This document shows positions 1 to 9,861 of a DNA stretch of 64,000 nucleotides, one piece after another. The notes under the pieces are model-generated. The model worked only from the letters and a program-made list of their open reading frames with translations. It was not told the DNA's origin and searched no databases. How positions within the stretch are numbered: the first letter of the stretch is position 1; every line of letters begins with the position of its first letter. The stretch is from Nitrosopumilus sp. (GTDB taxonomy: Archaea; Thermoproteota; Nitrososphaeria; Nitrososphaerales; Nitrosopumilaceae), in NCBI GenBank assembly GCA_965207075.1, contig CBDBLO010000002.1, positions 2,214-66,213 on the forward strand. The letters run 5' to 3'. Both the position numbers and the translations under genes were made by a program.

Positions 1-120
1 GTCCAGTATGAACCGCTCAGTGTCGGCTCTGTGCTCATCGTAGTCCGACAGGCTGGACGCCAAGAACATACCGCCAACTATACCAACCGCCGCGAGGCCT
101 ATTATGATCTTGCCTATCAT
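1..120 (-). CDS. 5' part of a membrane-anchored/secreted protein, truncated by the window edge
   Basis: Manual translation MIGKIIIGLAAVGIVGGMFLASSLSDYDEHRADTERFILD; N-terminal hydrophobic helix; TTATAA box at 145-150, 25 bp upstream. Confidence 0.65.
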   Translation of the reverse strand, partial: MIGKIIIGLAAVGIVGGMFLASSLSDYDEHRADTERFILD

Positions 121-552
121 TTACAGTGGTACGGCAACGCCATCTTATAATTATTGAGCATGGGCTCTCCCAAAAGCCCGCCCTCCCGCCGCGCCATAAC
201 TCACGGGACAAACAGCTCGACGCCGGCACGCGGCCGACGGCCCAACGCGGCCGATCCAAACACAGGAACAGCCAAGCGGCAAGTGGCGCCGTCAGCGATT
301 TCCCTCCCTCCTCCCCCTCCTCCCCCCCCCCCCCCCAGACTCACAAGCGCGGGCCGCGGTGACATCTGGGGCATCGCGGCGCCGTCCGGCGCGCACCGCA
401 TGTTTCGGGCCATCCCCGGACGGCGCACACGCGCAGCCGGCAGCAAACCCATGACGGAGCCGCACGGCGTCCGAACCCGCCCTGCGCCGCAGTTATTCGA
501 CGTTTGTACCAAAATCCAACCGCTAAACCCTTAAATAGAAATCTGAAACCAC

Positions 553-840
553 GTGAGTCAATTACTGATGAGGGGCATGCTTGGAATATCCTTGGTACTG
601 ATAGCAGTAGCGGCGGCAGTGGCGATCATACCGGCCGCCGGCGTCGCGCTTGCGGCCGGCGACGAGCCCGGCGAGTACATCGACCGCCGCGTGCTCATCT
701 GGAACCTGTTCTTTAGGATGATGACAGTCGCGTTCACGGTCGGGGCAGTCGTATCCGGCACGATAATCTGGCAGGTGTGGCGCTTCCGGGAGTCACACCC
801 CAAGGCAAAGCCTACTCCGTACGAGGGGACTGACTGGTAG
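553..840 (+). CDS. Small membrane protein at the head of the cox operon, resembling the transmembrane part of cytochrome oxidase subunit II
   Basis: Two to three hydrophobic helices; stop abuts the coxB start (TAG ATG at 838-843); the start could also be ATG 568. Confidence 0.75.
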   Translation: MSQLLMRGMLGISLVLIAVAAAVAIIPAAGVALAAGDEPGEYIDRRVLIWNLFFRMMTVAFTVGAVVSGTIIWQVWRFRESHPKAKPTPYEGTDW

Positions 841-1275
841 ATGGCCGGACATCACTCAAACTGGCCCGAGTGGATATACATCGGGATCGTGGTGGCGCTC
901 ATGACATGGGTCGGGGCCGAGGCCTGGGAGGTCGAGCGCCTCATCGAGCACGTCCCGGCCGACGCGGAGATCATAAAGGTGACGGGGCAGCAGTGGTTCT
1001 GGACCTTTGAGCACGAGGACGGCACAAAGGAGATAGGCGAGCTGCACCTGGAGGCGGGCAAGGCCTACAAGTTCGAGGTGGTGGCCACTGACGTCATACA
1101 CTCGTTTAACATACACGACTACGTGGTGCTGATAGACGCGGTCCCGGGCAGGGTGAACACGGTGTGGTTTGCGCCCGACGCGCCCGGAGTGCACGACATA
1201 CAGTGCCGCGAGTACTGCGGGCTGATACACTACAACATGCGCGGCACGCTGTACGTGGAGGAGCCGTCGTCATGA
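841..1275 (+). CDS. coxB: Heme-copper oxidase subunit II (CuA domain)
   Basis: GQQWFWTF, DVIHSF and CREYCGLIHYNM CuA motifs. Confidence 0.95.
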   Translation: MAGHHSNWPEWIYIGIVVALMTWVGAEAWEVERLIEHVPADAEIIKVTGQQWFWTFEHEDGTKEIGELHLEAGKAYKFEVVATDVIHSFNIHDYVVLIDAVPGRVNTVWFAPDAPGVHDIQCREYCGLIHYNMRGTLYVEEPSS

Positions 1276-1396
1276 CGCGGAGAGGATGTGGGATGGAGAC
1301 GAGTATGGACATGATGATGATGAGGGTTATAGCAGTACGGGCCGGGCGTCCGGCCGATGCCACCGATTATAATGTGGCGGGAGGTGCACGCGCATC

Positions 1397-2923
1397 ATGG
1401 TTCTAGAGCTGCAAAAGCCGCGCCCCATATGGCAGATAATGTTCTCGACCCACCACACCGACGTGGGGCTCCTGTACCTCATAACGTCCTTGGCGTTCCT
1501 GTTTCTGGGCGGAGCGCTGGCGCTCGCAATCAGGGCGGAGCTGTTCCTGCCGGGGGCCCAGATCATAGGCGACGCGATGACGTTCAACCGCATATTCACG
1601 GTCCACGGCACCACGCTGATCTTTTTGTTCATCATACCCTTCGCGTCTGCAGTCGGCAACTACTTTGTCCCGATAATGGTCAGGTACAAGGACATGGCGT
1701 ACCCAAAGCTCAACGCGATCGCGTTCTGGATGATACCTCCCTCCGGCGCCCTGATATGGCTCGGCTTTGCGGACTTTACGTGGTACGCGACGCCCCCCTA
1801 CTCGATAATCAGCGCCCCGGGGCCGGCTGCCGACATGTGGATATTCGGCCTCAAGATCCTTGGCGTATCCTCCGTGCTGGGCGCGATAAACTTCGTCGTC
1901 ACCATACTAAAGTGCAAGCATCCGGACATGTCGATAGGGCAGGTCCCGCTGCTGGCGTGGTCCTTCCTCTCCTCGTCGCTCATCATACTGGTCGCAATCC
2001 CGACCTTTGCGGCCGCGCTGCTGATGCTGCTCACCGACCGCCTCGGCGTGAGCGGCTTCTTCAACCCCGCGCTCGGCGGCGACCCGATAGCGTACGCGCA
2101 CCTGTTCTGGTTCACGTTCCACCCCGAGGTGTACGTGCTTGTGATCCCGGCGATCGGGATGATGTACGAGATAATACCGAGGTTCTCCAGGAGGCCGATC
2201 TACAGCTACAGCTCCGGGGTGTTCGCGTTCGTCCTTCTGTCGATAGTCGGGTTCTCCTCGTGGGCCCACCACATGTACGCGACGGGCATGTCGTTTACCG
2301 AAAAGACCGTGTTCATGGTCGGCACGCTGGCGGCGGTTCCCGCGTCTGCCATGCACGTGTTCAACTTTATCGCCACGATGTGGAACGGCCGCATCAGGTT
2401 CTCCACCCCCATGATGTGGGCAGTCGGCGGGATCGCGCTCTTCTTCTCGGCGGGTGCCGGCGGCGTCGTCAACAGCGCAATGCCGCTGGACTTTACCACG
2501 CACGACACCTACTGGGTGGTCGGACACTTCCACCTCTTTGTGATGGGTACCATAGCGTTCGGGTCCATCGGGTACCTCTACTACATGTTCCCGTACGTGA
2601 CCGGAAGGATGTACAACGAGACGATGGGCAAGATACACTTTGTAATGTCGTTCATCGGCACCATCCTGGTGTTCTTTACGCAGCACGTGCTCGGGCTGTA
2701 CGGGATGCCGCGGCGCATATTTGACTACCCGCCCATACCGGAGTGGATCGCGATGAACCAGATCGCGTCGATAGGGGCTATGATAATCGGGGTCAGCATG
2801 GTGGTGTTCCTGGCAAACATGATACACAGCTCCGCAAAGGGCGAGCCGGCAAACACGGACGACCCGTTCGGCGTGGGCGGCAGGTACTATTACCCGTTTG
2901 AGGCAAAGAACCCCTCGCATTGA
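1397..2923 (+). CDS. coxA: Heme-copper oxidase subunit I
   Basis: HGT, WFTFHPEVY, WAHHM and GHFH metal-ligand motifs; many TM helices. Confidence 0.97.
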   Translation: MVLELQKPRPIWQIMFSTHHTDVGLLYLITSLAFLFLGGALALAIRAELFLPGAQIIGDAMTFNRIFTVHGTTLIFLFIIPFASAVGNYFVPIMVRYKDMAYPKLNAIAFWMIPPSGALIWLGFADFTWYATPPYSIISAPGPAADMWIFGLKILGVSSVLGAINFVVTILKCKHPDMSIGQVPLLAWSFLSSSLIILVAIPTFAAALLMLLTDRLGVSGFFNPALGGDPIAYAHLFWFTFHPEVYVLVIPAIGMMYEIIPRFSRRPIYSYSSGVFAFVLLSIVGFSSWAHHMYATGMSFTEKTVFMVGTLAAVPASAMHVFNFIATMWNGRIRFSTPMMWAVGGIALFFSAGAGGVVNSAMPLDFTTHDTYWVVGHFHLFVMGTIAFGSIGYLYYMFPYVTGRMYNETMGKIHFVMSFIGTILVFFTQHVLGLYGMPRRIFDYPPIPEWIAMNQIASIGAMIIGVSMVVFLANMIHSSAKGEPANTDDPFGVGGRYYYPFEAKNPSH

Positions 2924-2949
2924 TGATGATGATGGTAGTGTGGTAAGAG

Positions 2950-3951
2950 ATGGCAGACGGCAGAAGCAGCGGGACGCAGCAGCAGGTGTACATGACCACG
3001 CCGGCCAGGACCGGCAAGATGATGGCCATAATGCTGGGCATATGCATAGTTGGAGGCGCCATCTTCTTCGGGATGTGGGACTATTGGATATCCGAGCCGG
3101 CCCCGATCGTGGCGATAATGGCGGCCTCCACCGCGGCGCCCGTCGCGGAGCAGGCGGAGCAGACGGGCCAAACCATAACCTCGGACCTAGTCTTCATCGA
3201 GGCTGACGACTTTATCACGATGGCCTTCAACGCGCTGCCCGGCGAGGAGGGCAACAACCCGACCATAAACATGAACGTGGGCGACAAGGTCGTGTTCAAC
3301 GTGGTAAGCGACGGCATCTCGCTGCACGCGTTTGGCGTCACGCAGGAGGAGGAGGGCACCGCTGGCATCATACCCGGCACCGAGATCGGCAGCCCCAACA
3401 GCCCGATGCTGAAGGGGGACAGCGGCACCGCTGAGTTCGTGGCCGGCGAGGAGGGCACCTACTATTACATATGCACGGTCCCCGGGCACAGGGCACAGGG
3501 CATGGAGGGCACCATTGTGGTGGGCCCCGCGCCCGAGTCTGGGGACGACGGCAGCGGAGGAGGAGGAGGAGAGGCGGCCCCCCCGACCGGCATATCGCAC
3601 GAGTTTGAGTTTGACTATGTAGAGTCCGACGACTTTAGGACGTTCGGGTTCAACGGGCTTGAGGGCGAGGAGGGGGCAAACCCCGAGATTGTGGTCAACT
3701 CCGGCGACGAGATTACGGTCACCACGGTCAACGTGGGCGTCTCGTTCCACTCGTTCGGGGTGGTGGCAGACCCCGCCGACTTTGCAAACGTGCTGTGGGG
3801 CTCGGAGATAGGGTCCATGACAAGCCCGCTGAAGAACGGCGAGAGCGGCTCAGTCACGTTCACGGCCGGGGCGCCGGGCAAGTACTATTACATCTGTACC
3901 GTTCCAGGCCACGCCCTGCAGGGGATGCAGGGGGTCCTGACTGTCGAGTAG
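2950..3951 (+). CDS. Membrane-anchored two-domain blue (type 1) copper protein
   Basis: N-terminal TM helix; two cupredoxin domains each with H...YYYICTVPGH..(Q)GM. Confidence 0.9.
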   Translation: MADGRSSGTQQQVYMTTPARTGKMMAIMLGICIVGGAIFFGMWDYWISEPAPIVAIMAASTAAPVAEQAEQTGQTITSDLVFIEADDFITMAFNALPGEEGNNPTINMNVGDKVVFNVVSDGISLHAFGVTQEEEGTAGIIPGTEIGSPNSPMLKGDSGTAEFVAGEEGTYYYICTVPGHRAQGMEGTIVVGPAPESGDDGSGGGGGEAAPPTGISHEFEFDYVESDDFRTFGFNGLEGEEGANPEIVVNSGDEITVTTVNVGVSFHSFGVVADPADFANVLWGSEIGSMTSPLKNGESGSVTFTAGAPGKYYYICTVPGHALQGMQGVLTVE

Positions 3952-3953
3952 CC

Positions 3954-4583
3954 TTGGCTGCCATAAAGTACCTTGCACTATCGAGCATGATCGTGCTGTA
4001 CTCGCTCATGTTCCTTGGCGGGTACATATCGGCCGCGGGCCTGGGGCTCACGTGCCCCGAGTGGCCGCTGTGCCCGGACGGCATAATGCCCTCAGAAGAA
4101 TACCTGATAGAATGGATACACAGGCTGGCCGCCGCCACCACGGGCGCGCTCGTGGTCGCCACCATGATCGCCGGCTTCCTGCACAGGGGGGCCGATGCCA
4201 AGATCAGGGTCACGAGCTCGCTTGCGACCGTCTTTGTCATAGTCCAGATCACGCTCGGGGCGCTCGTCATCGACCTAAAGCTGCACGCCGTCTTGGTCGC
4301 GATACACCTGGGGATAGGGATACTGCTGTTTGCAATGGTGCTGCTGACGACGCTGTTTGCGTTCCGCATACAGTCGCCCGCAAAGGCCGTTGCGCATGGC
4401 CGCAGCGGTGGTAGCGGTAGCAGCAACGGCAACAATAGCAGCAGTGACGACAACTATGGCACTGGCGACAGTGGCGATAGCAGCAACGGCAACGCCAACC
4501 GCAACGGCCGCGGACTACGCCGGAACTCCGGCGGCGGCGCCAAGATGATGCAGGATGCCGCAACGGCGGACGTTGCGCACTGA
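3954..4583 (+). CDS. ctaA: Heme A synthase (COX15/CtaA family), short form with a low-complexity C-terminal tail
   Basis: GLTCPEWPLC, EWIHR and HAVLVAIHL motifs; TTG start at 3954 is in frame with ORF 3795..4583. Confidence 0.85.
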   Translation: MAAIKYLALSSMIVLYSLMFLGGYISAAGLGLTCPEWPLCPDGIMPSEEYLIEWIHRLAAATTGALVVATMIAGFLHRGADAKIRVTSSLATVFVIVQITLGALVIDLKLHAVLVAIHLGIGILLFAMVLLTTLFAFRIQSPAKAVAHGRSGGSGSSNGNNSSSDDNYGTGDSGDSSNGNANRNGRGLRRNSGGGAKMMQDAATADVAH

Positions 4584-4648
4584 CTAGGTACTGGAGGGAC
4601 GACGACGGCCGCCGCCGCCGCCGGCCCCGCACGCATACCACATACAGA

Positions 4649-5278
4649 TCACCGGCCAAACGGAGGATGCCTGCCGCCGGCCCCGCCGTCTCCTCCCCCC
4701 TCTCGCCGCCGCCATCGCCGCTGCATCTTCGGAAGGTAGATGTACGCCATCACGCCTGCAAAGCAGAACGCCCCGACTGTAATGGATATGATAAAGATGT
4801 ACCCAAACGGGCTCTGCGTGCCCATGTTGAACGTATACGTGGTTACCCCGGGCTTGTCCACCATGTCATAGAGGTCCACCTTTACGATGTGGTTTCCCTG
4901 ATACCGCCACGTGTGCCCAAAGTCCCAGTGCCCCCCCTCTATGGCCGTGGGCGGGACCGCGTCCACCTGCTGCCCGTTGTAAAAGAACCTGATTCCCATC
5001 GTGAACCTGTCTACCTCCTCAAAGTCCGTGTCGGTCACCCGGACCAGAAACATCGACGGCTCGTCGATCTGGGGAAACTCGGGGGCCGTCGCAACCTGCA
5101 CCCTGTACCCCGCCATAAACTCCTCGGCCGAGTTGAACATGGAGTGTCCCGACGCCTCCTGCGCGCCCGGCACCAAGGCGCACGCCGCGCACAGCAGAGC
5201 GATCGCGGCCACGCCCCGGACGAGGGCGGACCCCGGGGCCTTCTTCTTCTGCCGCCCTCCCGCCGGTTTTGTCATCAT
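4649..5278 (-). CDS. Secreted/membrane-anchored hypothetical protein
   Basis: Signal-like N-terminus, beta-rich middle, C-terminal TM helix (YIFIISITVGAFCFAGVMAYIYL). Confidence 0.75.
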   Translation of the reverse strand: MMTKPAGGRQKKKAPGSALVRGVAAIALLCAACALVPGAQEASGHSMFNSAEEFMAGYRVQVATAPEFPQIDEPSMFLVRVTDTDFEEVDRFTMGIRFFYNGQQVDAVPPTAIEGGHWDFGHTWRYQGNHIVKVDLYDMVDKPGVTTYTFNMGTQSPFGYIFIISITVGAFCFAGVMAYIYLPKMQRRWRRREGGGDGGAGGRHPPFGR

Positions 5279-5331
5279 ACTCTGGGATCGTCTTCAAAAG
5301 CTTTAAATCCTTATTGGCAAGAGTCGGATCG

Positions 5332-5943
5332 TTGACACTTGTCACGAAATCCACCGAGATAAAGGTGCCAGTCGACAGCGTCTTTACCTATTTTGCGCGG
5401 CCCGAGCACGTCTCGGATCAGATGAAGAGCGAGACGGTGGGCATGACCGTGATCCCCATGGACATCAAGGAGGGGATGGGGGTCGGAACCACGTTTCGCG
5501 TGATAGGCGACTTTGGAGGCAAGCGGCTGGAATGGGACTGCGAGACCACCGAGTTTGTGCGCAACAAGCGCATATCCGCAGAGCAGACTGAGGGCCCGTT
5601 CAAGAAATGGGCCATCACAAACGAGTTTGAGGAGCTCGGGGCCAACCTGACCAGGGTTACCATGTCAGTGGACTATGAGATGCCCTTTGGCCCGCTGGGC
5701 GCCATCCTGAACAAGGCAAAGTTTGCAAAGTCCGCCGAGAGGGGCATGGAGACGGCCCTGTACAGCGTCCGCGGACTCTTGGAGGGCAACGGCTCGATTC
5801 CCGTATACATCACGCTTGACGCGTACCAAAAGCTGCTCGAGGAGAAGAAAAAGATGAACGACGTGCCGGTCTCCACCGCGCTGACGGCCATCATACAAAA
5901 GTACAACCAGATAGAGCAGAAAGAGCTTGCCGTCACAGGATAG
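5332..5943 (+). CDS. SRPBCC/polyketide cyclase family protein
   Basis: START-like pattern (EIKVPVDSVF...GVGTTF...GPFKKW...TRVTMSVDYE); TTG start ~25 bp after TTTAAAT (5302). Confidence 0.8.
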   Translation: MTLVTKSTEIKVPVDSVFTYFARPEHVSDQMKSETVGMTVIPMDIKEGMGVGTTFRVIGDFGGKRLEWDCETTEFVRNKRISAEQTEGPFKKWAITNEFEELGANLTRVTMSVDYEMPFGPLGAILNKAKFAKSAERGMETALYSVRGLLEGNGSIPVYITLDAYQKLLEEKKKMNDVPVSTALTAIIQKYNQIEQKELAVTG

Positions 5944-6078
5944 GCAGCGCCGTGCGTTTCTGACGTTTTCAAACCGCGAGTATCTAGCCCGCTTGCGACG
6001 CCCGTGTCCCGCCTCCGGCGTCCCGCGCCCCGGCGGATCTGAAGATTATAATAGTAATTTTGCGCCGTCTGTAACGGT

Positions 6079-6152
6079 GGGTCTATGGCGCAGCCAGGTA
6101 GCGCTCAGGACTCTTAATCCTGCTGTCGTGGGTTCGAATCCCTCTAGACCCG
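6079..6152 (+). tRNA. tRNA-Lys(CTT)
   Basis: Acceptor GGGTCTA/TAGACCC, D-stem GCGC/GCGC, anticodon stem CAGGA/TCCTG around CT-CTT-AA, T-loop TTCGAAT; no intron, CCA not encoded. Confidence 0.95.
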
Positions 6153-6185
6153 CTCCTATCGTAGCCTAGCGCGCCCCGAACCCGG

Positions 6186-6953
6186 TCATATGCTGCGCCG
6201 GTGCAGGTACAACGCGTAAATGACGATGGCGTGGGACGCGTTCCACAGCGGCCCCGACACGTCGCCAAACTCGTACGCGCCAAGCGTGTACGCATAGTTG
6301 TACGCCAGATCCCCGACCGTTCCGACCGCGATGCCGGCAAGCAGCGCCCGCCATGCCGGCGTCATGGCGGTGCCGACAAACACCGAAAACGCCACCAGGG
6401 TCAGCGCAAGAACCACCGAGGACGCGCCGACAAACACCAGGTTGTAGTAGAACAGGCCCGCCGGCGCATGGTCGACGCTGTGCAGGAACATTGCAGAGTA
6501 TGCCAGCACGATCAGCGCCGGCACCGATGCCAGCATCCCCTTCTGCCGCACGGTGAACCTATCTGCAAAGTACCTCACGTTGATTGTGATGTGGGCTGCC
6601 AGCAACACATACGCGCAGAGAAAGAGCGCCTCGCCGGCCCGTGCGAACTGCGCAAGCCCGTGCGCGTCGACAAAGTGGAAAAATATGACCTCGCCTGCAA
6701 AGACCGCCGCATACGACGCGCCCAGTACGAGAAACGACCTGCCAAAGACCCTGGAGTTGCCGTAGTGCCTCGCCGTCACAAGGCAGAACGCCGCGACCGG
6801 CAGCGGGGCCAGCACGATTGACAGCCTGATCACCATGTCGTTGCCGCCGCCCGCGGCATGGTGCACCGCCGCCGCATGCAGCACAAACGATCCGCACAGT
6901 ATGGCAACCGGGACTAGCGCGTCCCTCCTTCCCACCGTCCTTGACATCATCAT
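6186..6953 (-). CDS. Multi-pass membrane protein (sensor-like, ~7 TM)
   Basis: Series of hydrophobic helices; overlaps the upstream gene by 4 bp (ATGA). Confidence 0.75.
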   Translation of the reverse strand: MMMSRTVGRRDALVPVAILCGSFVLHAAAVHHAAGGGNDMVIRLSIVLAPLPVAAFCLVTARHYGNSRVFGRSFLVLGASYAAVFAGEVIFFHFVDAHGLAQFARAGEALFLCAYVLLAAHITINVRYFADRFTVRQKGMLASVPALIVLAYSAMFLHSVDHAPAGLFYYNLVFVGASSVVLALTLVAFSVFVGTAMTPAWRALLAGIAVGTVGDLAYNYAYTLGAYEFGDVSGPLWNASHAIVIYALYLHRRSI

Positions 6954-7582
6954 TTTGACTGCCTGGCCCTTGTCTGCACGATGGAGTTGAACGCAAAGCT
7001 CCTGCTCAGTATGGCGTCGTCAAGCCCGGCGCTCACGCTGATCCACGAGTCGCGCATGTCAAACGCCACCTTGCGCAGCGTGGCGGAGAACTCCTTGACG
7101 CTTCTGCCGTCCCTTGCCTCCGCACGGCCCGCCACGGCCAGCAGCCCGCCGTCCAGCAGGTCCCTTATCCTGCTGTAGGTGGACGCCTTTGGCAGCCCGG
7201 ACGCCGCTATGACGTCCGGCACGGTCATGGGGCGCCTCATCATGTCGAGTATGGCCCTTTTGGCCGGATCCCCGTATGACTCGAATACGTACCTTGTAAC
7301 CGCATCGTGCGTGATGTTCAGCGTGGCACCGCCGCCGCCCCTGCCCCCCTTCTCCAGTGACATGATCTTCCGAAACGCCTTGGATTCGACGTTGGCAGCG
7401 TGCCTGCCAAAGAACTTGCGCAGCACCAGGTCGAGCTTTGCAAAGTCACCGGCCGCCTCGCGCACGCCCAGGCCGTACATGCCCCGGACCTCCCTCTCGA
7501 CGTTCCTGTAGGTCACCCTGCCCAGGTCCTCCTCCAGCACGCTTCGCACGCCGTCCGCGATTATGACGTCAAGCGGGTTCAT
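6950..7582 (-). CDS. Winged-HTH transcriptional regulator
   Basis: MTVPDVIAASGLPKASTYSRIRDLLDGGLL HTH followed by a beta wing. Confidence 0.75.
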   Translation of the reverse strand: MNPLDVIIADGVRSVLEEDLGRVTYRNVEREVRGMYGLGVREAAGDFAKLDLVLRKFFGRHAANVESKAFRKIMSLEKGGRGGGGATLNITHDAVTRYVFESYGDPAKRAILDMMRRPMTVPDVIAASGLPKASTYSRIRDLLDGGLLAVAGRAEARDGRSVKEFSATLRKVAFDMRDSWISVSAGLDDAILSRSFAFNSIVQTRARQSK

Positions 7583-7685
7583 ACAACAAGTCCCACCCCG
7601 GCGCTATAAAACATTGTGTGTGGAAATAGTCCATTATTTCCAATTTTTAAGAAACAGATAAATACAGACACGCCCCAGCTACCGC

Positions 7686-7937
7686 ATGAGATCGAAGACA
7701 GTCCTGATGGCGGGGGTGCTCGCGGTGTTCGTGGCGGGCATGGCCGCGGCGGCGACGGCGTACTCGTTTGACGGATCGGAGTCGCCGGACGCGTCAGTCC
7801 CCAGGTATTCAGAAACGTGCGCGCACGGCCACAACGGCTTTGACTGCAAGCCGCCAAACCATACAGCGGACATTGCCTCACTCGAGCAGAGGGTGACGCA
7901 GCTGGAGCAAGACGTGCAGAACCTGGGACGCAGGTGA
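7686..7937 (+). CDS. Small secreted protein with C-terminal coiled coil
   Basis: Signal peptide MRSKTVLMAGVLAVFVAGMAAAA; LEQRVTQLEQDV heptads. Confidence 0.65.
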   Translation: MRSKTVLMAGVLAVFVAGMAAAATAYSFDGSESPDASVPRYSETCAHGHNGFDCKPPNHTADIASLEQRVTQLEQDVQNLGRR

Positions 7938-8428
7938 GTCCCATCCACTTTTTTATCAGTGGCTGTCGCGGGCCGGTGAAAGGTGCGCCGCCACGGGGCT
8001 CCAAAGGATCGGGCAGTCCAAGGCGGAGGCGGCAAGGCCGTGCCCGGCCTGCGGCCTCGTGTTTGCACGTGGGGGAAGCAGGATACCGGCCGAGGTATGA
8101 GGCGCCGGAGAACACGGCAGCCACGCAAGCCTGAAATTGCCAGCCCCTTCCTGAGGCGGCCAAGATGCTGCGAGTCCTGTCATTGGGCCTGAGAGGGCCC
8201 TCGGCCGTGGCGCCCGGCGAGTACCGCAGAAAAGTAGCGCGAACGGCTCTCCTGCAGAGGCGCGGAGGCTGCGCGGCCTCCATGACACGCCTGCCCGACA
8301 GCATCCATTACGACTACCGGTTGATGGCAATCGGGCGCCTTGGATTGGCACCGGCGTTTTTCCCACCCCAGCAAGGGAGCCGCGCGACCGCAAGTCTTTT
8401 TAGCCCACTTTGCGACGTAGTGTCAACT

Positions 8429-9799
8429 GTGAATTACAACATACGCACGACGCTGGTGCTAGCATCTGTAATAGTCGCCGCGACAGCGGCCGCACTTTCC
8501 ATGCCGCTTGATCCTACTGCTGCTGCCGGAACGGCCGCCTACGCCCAGACCCAGGGGCTGACAGAGATAAAGATAGGGGCGCTGCTGGAGTACGGGCCGA
8601 GCTACGACGACACCAGCAGCCAGAGGGCCATGGATCTGTCCATACAGGACATAAACAACGATCCCGTCATAAGCACCAAATACAGCGTGACGCTCGTGCC
8701 GCTGGACGTCACGGGCCTCAACTCGACGGAGATCGCCGGGGTGGTTCAGACCGCGGTCCAGGCCCAGGGAATAACCCACTTCGTGGGCCACTCCAGCTCG
8801 ACTGTCACGCCCGCCAAGCAGGTGCTTGACGCGATACCCGACGCGGCCATTGTATCCTACGGGTCGTCGGCCCCGATAATCCCGCTTCCAGGCGGCGCCA
8901 TCAACCTCGTGGAGGCCGGGGACAGCCTGTTCAGGCTGATTCCAAACGACTCGCACCAAGCGGCGAGCGTGATCGACCTCGTACTGAACAAGGACGGCAA
9001 GACAAATGTCGTGATAGTCGTCCGCGAGTCGTGGCATCCGATCGTCAACTTCCTTATAGCGCCGGAGCTCGCCGGCTCCTTTGAACACCGGATACCGTAC
9101 ACGGAGGCCGAGAGGTTCTCCGATCCGGCCGCGGCCGTATCCAGCCACGCGGCAGTCGCGCAGACAGTCGACGGCATCGTGGGCCGCCTCGTAGCCGCCG
9201 AGGGCGCCGACAAGGTGGCGGTGATGTTCATAGGATTCCCGCTTGACTTTGAATACCACGTAAAGGGCGTGCTGTCGGCCGGCGACGGCCTCGCAAACGT
9301 CCACGACGTAAAGTGGTACAGCACGGCCACCATCACGGGAGAGTCCGCCGCCGTACGCGACGCGGACGTGGCGGAGTTTGCAAAAAAGGTGGAGCTCTCC
9401 GGAACCCGCTACACCGTGCTTGACAACCCCGTCAACGCCGATCTCTGCAACACGCTGCTGCAGCAGGGGGTGATCTGCGACCGGTACGAGTACGGGCCGT
9501 TCGCCGCATACGACGCGATACACCTCCTGGTAGACGCCATCGTAACGCGCGACGGGCTGGCAGACGGCAGCATACCGGGCGACGAGAGAACCGCCAGGGA
9601 CCTGATACTCGACGTGTCTAGCGGCAGGGGATTCCACCACCTCGTGTACGAGGGAAGGGCCATAGGCGACGGCGCGCTGGGAGAATACACGCTCAACGCG
9701 GCAGGCGACCTTGAGACGCCCGTCACGTATACGGTGCTGAAATCCACCACGAACCCCGACAGCCCGTGGGTGCCCGCCAAGCCCATAATATGCCGCTAA
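8429..9799 (+). CDS. Type I periplasmic-binding-fold protein (branched-chain amino acid/ANF-receptor-like)
   Basis: EIKIGALL, AMDLSIQDIN, VSYGSSAP, LFRLIPND and AAYDAIHLL motifs; GTG start at 8429 gives a clean signal peptide. Confidence 0.8.
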   Translation: MNYNIRTTLVLASVIVAATAAALSMPLDPTAAAGTAAYAQTQGLTEIKIGALLEYGPSYDDTSSQRAMDLSIQDINNDPVISTKYSVTLVPLDVTGLNSTEIAGVVQTAVQAQGITHFVGHSSSTVTPAKQVLDAIPDAAIVSYGSSAPIIPLPGGAINLVEAGDSLFRLIPNDSHQAASVIDLVLNKDGKTNVVIVVRESWHPIVNFLIAPELAGSFEHRIPYTEAERFSDPAAAVSSHAAVAQTVDGIVGRLVAAEGADKVAVMFIGFPLDFEYHVKGVLSAGDGLANVHDVKWYSTATITGESAAVRDADVAEFAKKVELSGTRYTVLDNPVNADLCNTLLQQGVICDRYEYGPFAAYDAIHLLVDAIVTRDGLADGSIPGDERTARDLILDVSSGRGFHHLVYEGRAIGDGALGEYTLNAAGDLETPVTYTVLKSTTNPDSPWVPAKPIICR

Positions 9800-9861
9800 A
9801 ATCCACTATTGCTTGATGTAACATCAGGATGTTTTAAGTATCCCTTGCATGAACTCCCTCC

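Noticed and set aside
303-334. C-rich tract as a regulatory or phase-variable element
   Set aside because: Intergenic, far from either predicted TATA box, and similar G/C runs are common in this genome
1357-2920. Long alternative-frame and antisense ORFs (e.g. 1357..2724, 1907..2920, 8459..9640, 14100..15299, 17621..19009, 56969..58213, 58283..59290)
   Set aside because: Shadows of real genes in high-GC DNA; Arg/Pro/Gly-rich with no recognisable motifs
841-3951. Absence of cytochrome c, with cupredoxins beside the oxidase
   Set aside because: Already well established for ammonia-oxidising archaea; not novel
6079-6152. tRNA-Lys as the attachment site of the integrase at 28977
   Set aside because: No duplicate of the tRNA 3' half was found by eye in the window, and core genes follow the tRNA
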